A DNA stretch of 64,000 nucleotides. It comes from Octopus bimaculoides. Lineage: Eukaryota. This document shows positions 54,689 through 64,000 of this stretch, piece by piece (position 1 is the stretch's first letter; each line of letters begins with the position of its first letter). Location of the stretch: NCBI RefSeq assembly GCF_001194135.2, contig NC_068998.1, forward strand, positions 17,900,631 through 17,964,630, read 5' to 3'. Below the pieces are notes generated by a model. That model saw nothing but the letters and a program-made list of their open reading frames with translations, was not told where the DNA came from and did not search any database. The position numbers and the translations under genes are program-made.

Positions 54689-54772
54689 AGGAGATGGCTG
54701 CATCTGCTCGATGGTGAATGCACCGTCTCAGGTGAATTCTTTCTCTCGCTCATCTCCTAGGACACGTAAAAG
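54689..54772 (+). CDS. Candidate PIP5K1 downstream exon: RGDGCICSMVNAPSQ(VNSFSRSSPRTRK)
   Basis: ttttccttttacttgtag acceptor. GC-richer island, open in phase 2. Donors CAG|gtgaat (54731) and AAAAG|gtagta (54772). No homology support. Confidence 0.4.
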
Positions 54773-56524
54773 GTAGTATTCTACATCATCAACGACATGC
54801 TGCACCACAGATGCACACTTACTATGCATGTCTAAATGTAATTTACAATTTGCCTCTTCCCTTCATCTATCCTTTGTTTCCACTGCTACTCGCATTACAC
54901 ATCTTTGTCTTTCTTTCACTTTCTATCTCTTTTTCTGTTTTTTTCTTTCATATTGTTTTCAAATCTCCTTCTCACCCACTGTTTACCTTTCTCCTAAGCC
55001 CTTTCTCTTTTTCTTTCACATCTCACTATTATTCTGCACTCCTCTGCACTCTGGTTTCTCTTGGCATACGGAGATGCTGGAAGGAGGAAATGCAATTTGA
55101 ATTTAGAATGTGAAAGAACATAATAAAATATCACAAGGTATTTTGTCCAATGTGCCAAAGATGTCCTCACTCACTCCTACTTACCTTGTACCTTGAGGGG
55201 CCATCTGGATGCCTCATCATCATTATTTTATCTCTTTTTAGCTCTGCCCGATCTTTCTCACCCTCTCTTCTAAATGTGAGTAGCCACATAACTCCTCTAC
55301 AGCAAGAAACCTGTTCTTCCCCCTTCTCCCATTCTTCGATCCCTCATCTTCTAGTATAAAACACCCTGTCCCCCTCAGGCTTCATAGTCTTGCAAACTGC
55401 ACGGCAACCCCACTCATGCTGGTGGCATGATACAAAGCACTTGGTACACACTGTAAAATGAGTTGACATTTGGAAGGGTGTCCAGTCATAGAAACCATGC
55501 CAAAGCAGATACTGGAGCATGATACAGTCCTTGGACGCATCAAATTTTGTTAAACCATCCAACCCATGTCAATACAGAAAATAAAAGTTAAATGATGATG
55601 ATGAAATTTCATACTCCATCTTGCTTTTATTTCTTGTGTCATGCTTTCTCTCTCATTCCACATTTCTCTCTCTTTTACTCTATATTTTCCTTATTTTTTT
55701 GTTTCTCCACATTTTCTTCATCTTACCTCTGTCTCTAATTATTCTCTTTCTCTGTGTCTCTCTGTCTGTGTGTCTCCATCTCTTTCTTTTTCTCTCTCTC
55801 TCTCTCTCCTCCTTTCTCTTCATCTCCCCCTTTCTTCTCATCTCCACCTCTCTTTCCCCTCTCTTTTTTTGCTCACCCCCCCCTTCTCCTTCACTCTCTT
55901 CTATTTTCCACTGACTTCACCCCTGCTGATCACTCCACCAACCAATTCCTTTATAAAATACAGTGGTTGTCATCCCGGCTGAAGTACTGTTGGAAAGCCA
56001 ATCAAGTAGCTTTCTGTTACTTTCCGGAGCTTTTCTTGTCTTATTTTTGTTCTCTCAAGCAAATCTGTTGCATTGCTATCAAATAGCCACTAGCAGCACT
56101 TGCATTTCAAAACGTGCACTTAACTTTTACTCTCTTATTGGCACTCTTAATTTGAATAGCTCCCACCCACCAAGATAACACATTATGCTGCTGACAACTT
56201 TTCATGCTTATTTATTTCAATAGTTACTGTTCATTTCACTTGTTCATTAGGCTCGTTATTGAATTCTATTTATTTATGTATCTATCTATTTATTTATTTA
56301 TTTATTCATTCATTCATTCATTCATTCATTTATTTACTTGTTTGTTTTTGTATGGCTACTACCATTTTCATTTTGATTTAGATTTTACTAACAGACTGTT
56401 GCTGCACTTCTTTGATCTTTGAACTAAATTTTATTAATATATACTCCTCAATATTCACCGAGTCTTGTTAAAGAAGAAATTCTACTGTTTATAATACACA
56501 CACATGCACACGCGCGCGCGCACA

Positions 56525-56563
<39 letters not shown>

Positions 56564-57906
56564 ACACACACACACACACACCATGAAGTTCATTTGGATT
56601 GTAAGTTTGTATACCATGTGAAGAAGAAGAAGAATTGATATTTTGGAGAAAAAGAAAAATTATTTGAATTATATCTCCAATATCAGATTTGTCTTCTCTC
56701 CACAACATATATAAACTTAACAAAACTCACCAACTTTACTGTATACTTTTGTCAATACAGGCCACTTCCAGTTTCTCAAACTGTTTTTTTTTTCTTCATT
56801 ATATGTTTTTGCATAATGCTTTTGTTTGCTATTTTTCCACTATTAATTAACACACTCTTATCTTTAGTTTTGTTATAAAGCTAATAATTCTATTTCTTCT
56901 TTAGATTTTCAGTTTCAACTTTTATTAAATTAATTTTTGAAATTTAATTATTTTTTTATTTTAAGAATTTTTTTCTTATTTTGCTTTATGACCTTTTAAT
57001 ATTTATATGTTTGCCTTAGTCTATAACTGATCTATATTTCTCTCTTCTCAGCCTGTCATTGGTGTCTGAAACTCACAAATACAATTTATTTATAACATTA
57101 TAATAATCTTATCTTTCTCTTCATGTTTAATTAATTTTTCTGTGCATATTTTAGCAATGTTTTTCTTCTCTTTGTTGAACAAAATGAAAAATATTAACAC
57201 TAATTATGCTTTATTTTCATTATATTTGATGCTAACTTAAGTGTTAATTTTTAAGTTAATGCATATGTATGTATATGAGTAAGTGGACAAATGAAAAAAT
57301 GGCACTCAACATGTTTGGTAAAAGTTTATTAAATATATATATATATATATATATATCTCATTTAAAAATAATTGCACATGATGAATAATTTTCACAACTG
57401 GCTCAATCTTGTCTTTTTTCCTTTTGATTCACTAGCTACAGCTTGTTTAATTGTTACTAGAAAAAAATAGGTAATGTAGAAGTAAGTGTATATTGTTCTA
57501 AAACAGTTTATTACAAAACTACCTACACAAGGTATTGGATTTGTACAGAAGGTTGAATGAAAATTGGATTTGTACAGAAGGGTGAATGAAAATGTGTAGT
57601 CTTTGGCTTTATGTGGGAATTGACACCAGATGGTGCAATTGGTCTGTTGAAGCATGCAGCACTCTAGATTGTAAGGTAAGGAAATTGTAACAAGGCAAAG
57701 TTTGAAAAGTACAAAGTAGAAAAAGATCAATAACCTTATTGAACTGCTCAGACATTGTTTCTTCATGTGTCATAAAACTTAGAAACCACATTTTTAAAAT
57801 TGCTTTTTTATTACTTTTATGTGTGAAAAATAATCTTCCTACCAGCTCATATCAAAGCGTTTCAACTAAACATATCTCATTGGCTCTTTTACAACTGATA
57901 TATATA

Positions 57907-57951
<45 letters not shown>

Positions 57952-58043
57952 TTAGGGACAAAATCCAAAATTACAGGTAAAAACTCAATTAAAATTAATT
58001 TATAAAAAATTAAAATTAAATTAAGTTTCTCACAGAGTAAAAT

Positions 58044-58273
58044 ATATATAAATATATAGTTTTAGGGAAAAGAACCAAGGTTCATGAACTCATCGATGAA
58101 AATCCACTGTCACATATAGAAAAATTAATAATTAAAAGCACAATAAATGAGTATAATATAATACCAAGTAAATATCATAAGATAAAGATAATATATGCGA
58201 CAGTGGATTTTCATCGATGAGTTCATGAACTTTGGTTCTTGGTTCTTTTCCCTAAAACTATATATTTATATAT
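58044..58273. mobile_element. Foldback/MITE-like element with ~75-bp inverted arms
   Basis: ATATATAGTTTTAGGGAAAAGAACCAAG..GTTCATGAACTCATCGATGAAAATCCACTGTC at 58044-58118 is mirrored at 58192-58273, with an AT-rich spacer. Confidence 0.85.
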
Positions 58274-59744
58274 NNNNNNNNNNNNNNNNNNNNNNNNNNN
58301 NNNNNNNNNNNNNNNNNNNNNNNNNNNNNNNNNNNNNNNNNNNNNNNNNNNNNNNNNNNNNNNNNNNNNNNNNNNNNNNNNNNNNNNNNNNNNNNNNNNN
58401 NNNNNNNNNNNNNNNNNNNNNNNNNNNNNNNNNNNNNNNNNNNNNNNNNNNNNNNNNNNNNNNNNNNNNNNNNNNNNNNNNNNNNNNNNNNNNNNNNNNN
58501 NNNNNNNNNNNNNNNNNNNNNNNNNNNNNNNNNNNNNNNNNNNNNNNNNNNNNNNNNNNNNNNNNNNNNNNNNNNNNNNNNNNNNNNNNNNNNNNNNNNN
58601 NNNNNNNNNNNNNNNNNNNNNNNNNNNNNNNNNNNNNNNNNNNNNNNNNNNNNNNNNNNNNNNNNNNNNNNNNNNNNNNNNNNNNNNNNNNNNNNNNNNN
58701 NNATATATAAAATAAACTTGAATCTTGTTAAGCAGTAGGATATATTTTTAAAATTGGTATTAAACTGAACCTTCATAGCATTTATGAACAGGGATTTTAC
58801 ATGTTTTAATATCAACCCCTTTTCCCCTTTTATGCTGGCATGTAATGGCTAAGCTAGTTTTTATTACCATATTCCATATATCTGTTTGCTAGCTGAATTC
58901 TTTCATACTCTGTTGTTAACCATTCTAATTGTTGCATGTTTACATTACTAGAATCTCTTTTCTCATAGGAAGCTGGTGGAACTGATATCCTTATGTATCC
59001 TTAATATTCAGTTTCTCTCTCTCTCTTTTATTCCTCTCTTACTTTCTTCCTTCTCTCTTTTTCCTTTAATCTCCCTTCTACTCTCTCTCTCTCTCCCCTC
59101 TATCTATCTCTGTTTCTCTCTCCTCTCTTTCTCTCTCCTCTCTTTCTCTCTCCCTCTCTCCATCTATCTCTTTCTCCCCCCCCCTCTCTCATACGCACAC
59201 ACACACACAGACTTGATCAGAAATATATCCTACTATATTTCACTCAGGTTTATCCTATATAAGTGCCCAATTATGTGGTTAAGAAGTTTGTTTTGCAGTC
59301 ATGTGGTTTTGCGTTTTATTCCACTATATGACATCTTGGGCAAGTATCTTCTACCACAGTTCACATCAACTTATGCTTTGTGGAATTTGGTAAACGAAAA
59401 TGGTGTGGAAGCTTGCCAGAAGAATTGTCACTCTTCTTGGATGCTACATATAATCTTTTGACTGATTCAACATCACCATCTGGCCTGTAGCTGCCTTGAC
59501 GAGACTGTATTCTTATAGAAGCATTGGAGCTAAGTTTTGAGTCTGAGGATCATTTCCTTCCACCTGTCTCAGAATCATGGTTGCTATCTTTCCTCTAACT
59601 AAAGTTATGAAAAAACAATACAGAATTGGCTGCTCCATTTACAGTTTGAGTTCATTGGGTTATATTTCTCGTGTATAAAGCTTTAAGAAAATGTATTCTA
59701 GAACATATCTGCTTCCTGTTTGTGCTTATGTGAACTTGTTTCAG

Positions 59745-59782
59745 GAAGAGTACATTGGAATGGTTTCTTTTTGCTTCTCCAG
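59745..59782 (+). CDS. Candidate duplicated 38-nt exon, copy A
   Basis: ttgtttcag|GAAGAGTACATTGGAATGGTTTCTTTTTGCTTCTCCAG|gtaagc. 31/38 identical to copy B. Confidence 0.5.
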
Positions 59783-60301
59783 GTAAGCACAGAGGCTAAA
59801 ATTAAAAAGGCAGGAGGAAATATTATGCAATTATCAAACATATTTGTTATGGAAGTAAAGTGAAATAGTTAAAATTGAGAATTAAAATTGGTTAATGATA
59901 CTAATTAAGCCTGCAAATAGAATTTTCTATTCTGTAACAATTAAATGACAAAAATGGAAAATCTTGTGAAGATTGGCTCATGACAGGGCCAATCAATCTA
60001 TGGTAGTATTTAGAGAAACCACTGAGAGGAAGATTGGTTGGTTTTGTGAAATGAAAACTAAGTAAAGGTGGTCCATTTTGATCAACTAATAATAATAAAC
60101 GTGGGCATAGATGTGACTCTGTGATTAAGAAGTTTTCTTCCCAATCACATGGTTTCAGTTTCAGTCCCACTACATGGCACTTTGGGCAAGTGCCTCCAAA
60201 TATAGCCCTGGATTGACCAAAACCTTGTGAGTGGATTTGGTGGACAGAAACTGAAAGAAGTCTGTGATGCACATGCAAGTGTGTGTGTATGTGTGCGTGC
60301 G

Positions 60302-60334
<33 letters not shown>

Positions 60335-60820
60335 CTTTGTTTTGATAGTGTGTCATAGTTGTAAATGGGTGTCACTGTCATATAAGCAGTGCTGTTCATT
60401 TCCAGTATTCTGTGGAAACCTGTCTCATGATGGAGGAAATATTACTTTACTTGGCAACTGTTGAGGGTTGGCCACAAGAAGGGCATCTGGCCATAGAAAA
60501 TCTGCCTCAATAAACTCTGACCCAAGCATACATGGAAAAGTGAATGTAAAATAGTGATGGAATTCAGTCTGCATAGTCACAAAAAAAAAAAAAATGTTCA
60601 ATTATGAAATAAGGGCAGTCATTTGTGAAAACTCTCACTAAATCACTACAAAGAAACTACTTGGGAAATACTGGTAAACATATTGACAGTCATACAAGAT
60701 TCACTAGCTTCAAAAGTTTTAGAAACCATAATATGAAGAAGAATGCACTGTTCCAAGTCCATCCAACCCTGCTTGCATGAAGAAAAAGGATGTGAAACCA
60801 ATAGTGATAAGATGTTTCAG

Positions 60821-60858
60821 GGAGGGTACATAGGAATGGTATTCTGTTGCTTCTCCAG
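60821..60858 (+). CDS. Candidate duplicated 38-nt exon, copy B
   Basis: gatgtttcag|GGAGGGTACATAGGAATGGTATTCTGTTGCTTCTCCAG|gtaagc. Same length and splice signals as copy A. Confidence 0.5.
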
Positions 60859-63800
60859 GTAAGCATGAAGTTAATGTTATTCATTTCTCATGAGTATTAG
60901 TTGTATAACTGACTTTTATATTAATTCTCAATTCAAAATGAAGTGAAATAGCTTCAGTTTTTTTTATGAAGGCAGTCTTTGGGGTGCTTATAGCATGAGG
61001 CGCCAAATGTAAGCCGTGTAAAATTAGTTCTGTGCAAAATCTAGCTTCTTATAAGTCACACAGTCAAATAACGGTAAGTGAACTAATTAATCAGATGAAA
61101 TGATTGATGATTGTTGTAGCAATGGTGTCTATTATTAGTCAAACTCAGATTTCAAAGAGCAGGAACAAACACCTGACGCTTCAATTATTGCAAATTCGTT
61201 GTGTTAATGAAAGGATACTCATTATGAGTACTAGACGTTTTGGCACAGCCATTTTGGGCCCTCCTATTTGGTGTTGTTGTTTCAATGCTGATTTATTTGA
61301 TATCAAGCATTTTTAATGTTTCTCTTGTTCATCCCTCACTCTCTCTAAAATGTGCTGTTGCCAAAACAGGCTCAACATTCAGTCAGCCATGCCAGATCAC
61401 CAGCACCAAAACAACTACATCCAATCATCTCATTCTGACCTTCTATAATTGCTGCTAAGAACGATTGATGAGTTTAATTTTAAGTAGAAATATTTGGTTT
61501 ATATGTACAGAAAACTGATTTTCATAGGATTCTTTTAAAAAACCTTTCTTTTTACTTTCTCCAAGTTAGTAGGGTGTGTACAAATTTTAATGTTTTTATA
61601 AAATATTTAAAAGGCAGTAGTCTACCATTCCTCCAGACAATATTATATTTCTATTGCTATATTTAATAGGAAAAACTGGAAGTCTGTTTCTGAGATATTT
61701 CCTCTTCTTTTTCTTTTCCTTTTCCCTCTCTTCAACTCTAGTTTCTAAGTCTGTTAGCTATGGTCAGCATCTCAAGTTATATTTTAAATCTTAGTTTATT
61801 CATTATCATTGTCATAACCATCCTAATCAGCATCATAGGAAGCATAGTGTTTTATATGATAGGAGCATATTTCTGGTGTACATATAGGATATTTATCCTG
61901 TATTATCTATTTTGGCAAATTATTTTCTAATGTTATGTCTTCAAGTATTCATAACCAACTTGTGGGGTGGAAGGCAATATTAATATTTTGTTTTTCAGAT
62001 TTAACAAACCGTTATAGCAATAATATGGGTTAGGTTAGGTAGAATAAAAATAATTTAACCAAAAACCAAAAATGGGAGCTGGTGGATACTTTTTGAAACA
62101 GAATATCAAATTACTAAAAGCTTCAGGAGTTAATGAATGTTAATGTTTTCAAAAGATATATAGGACTCTGAGACTTAACTACTTTTTTTTTCTGTTAAAC
62201 AGATCCATGATCAGTTATGATATAGATTTGAAACTGAAAATAATTGCTACAGATTTTTTTTGTCAATTTGAGTAATCTGATTGGAATTGTTTTGATTTTT
62301 TAGATCTGTCTGGATCTATGCCAATAATAGGAAGTATCTATTTATAACCATCATCACCATGGTTATTGTTGTTGTTAATGTTATTACTGTTGTTGTTGTT
62401 GTTGTTATTATTATTATTATGGCAAACTGGCTGAATTGTTAGCATGCCATGCAAAATGATTAGTGGCATTTTGCCTGTTTTTACATTTTGAGTTCAAATT
62501 CCTCTGAGTCAACTTTGCCTTTCATCCTTTCAGGGTCATTGAAATAAGTTCCACTTGAACAGTGGGGTCGATGTAATCAACTTATCCCCTCCCCCCAAAT
62601 TGCTGGCCTTGTGCCAAAATTATTATTATTACTATTTTTATTAAGACTATTTTTGAGCAAAACATTTCATCTCACATTGCTCTGCAATCACTTCAACACC
62701 TGACATGTGTTGCACTGTGCACCTGTTCAGGCAATGTTATTTTGATCAAGCGAGTGAGCTTAATGTGCAGCACATACATTTGATCTTTATAAACAAATCA
62801 CTTGTGCTGGTTATTCAGCAAAAGCTGATCATCCCATACTTTTGTCCATCATCAAGACAGTGAGCTGGCAGAATCGTTAGTGTTTCAGGAAGACCCCAAG
62901 AAATGCTTGACAGAATTTTTTCTGGCTCTTTCTGTTCTGAGTTTAAATTCTGTTGAGGTTGACTCTGCCTTTCATCCTTTTGGGGTCACTAAAATAAGTA
63001 TCAATTGAGCACTGGGGACAATATAAGCAATTGAATCCCTCTCATAAGAAGAAATTTTCAGGCCTTGTGCCTATAGTAGAAAGAATTATTGTTAATCATT
63101 ATTATTGTTGTTTATCTCTAAACTGCCCTGATCATAAACATTGACATTCCATAAGTTTACATAAGCTTTCATAAATACTTTGATTGAAAGCTGAAATTTT
63201 TATCAATAAAATTAAGACATTCTTGAGGGTTTAAAAAACCATGTCTTCCCTATTTAAGGGATGCACAATTATTCTCCCACCCCCCTTGTCATCTTCAGCA
63301 ACTGGATAAATACTTTTATGAAAAATGTCGAAGTTTGCTGTTTGGAGATGGATAAGTCATGTGAATCTGCCTTGATAGACATGGTAGTGGTGATGCTAAA
63401 GCTGTTGTCTTTGAAATTTTGCTTCTCCTGAAGCTAAAACATGAAGTTATATTTTTTACATCTTTTGTTTCGGTCATCAGACTGCAGCCATGCTGGGGCA
63501 CCACCTTGAAGAATTTTAGTTGAACTTATCAACCCCAGTACTTAATTTTTTGTAAAACCTGGTGCTTATTCTATCAGTTTCTTTTGCTGAATCACTAGGT
63601 TACACGGCTGTAAACATAACAACACCAGTTGTCAAGTAGTGGTGGGGGACGAACACAAAAGCACACACACATGATAGGCTTTTATCAGTTTCCATCTACC
63701 AAATCCTCTCACAAGGCTTTGGTTGTCCTGAGGCTATAGTAGAAGACACTTGCCCAAGGTGCCACACAGTGGGACTGAATCTGGAGCCATGTAGTTGGGA

Positions 63801-64000
63801 AGCAAACTTCTTACCACACAGCCATGCCTGCATCTACTTGAAGATTTTTTTTTTTTCTTGTTGAGAATTATAACAAATGTGTTGGTGTTAACTCTGATGC
63901 TATGGTGCAACATGGCAGTAATGCAGAAAACAATAAAACTACTATAAACAATGACAACAGTGGCACTTCCAACAACACTTTCAACAGTAGAAACAACAAC

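Noticed and set aside
57535-57592. Two tandem copies of a 29-bp unit
   Set aside because: Ordinary local slippage duplication with no further structure.

Overview
Eukaryotic, AT-rich, repeat-dense genomic DNA with several N-gaps. The SINE/RTE families and microsatellites suggest an octopus/cephalopod genome (inference, not verified). The window is occupied by one multi-exon + strand gene: a type I phosphatidylinositol-4-phosphate 5-kinase (PIP5K1-like). I assembled 13 phase-consistent exons by hand (3061-48518), covering the kinase domain and part of the C-terminal tail. The N-terminal exon(s) lie upstream of the window and the terminal exon is ambiguous. Introns contain mariner, pogo/Tigger, RTE-LINE, tRNA-SINE, piggyBac-like MITE and Helentron-like remnants, a 42-bp minisatellite, a ~1 kb TG..CA element with a tRNA-Trp-like primer-binding site, and two long inverted repeats. 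Most notable observations: a pair of duplicated 38-nt candidate exons (59745 and 60821), a probable GC-AG intron with complex splice signals in the kinase insert, and a ~670-bp palindrome with a degenerate minimal hammerhead-like motif. Nearly all ORFs in the supplied track are artefacts of N-gaps, microsatellites or AT-rich noise.
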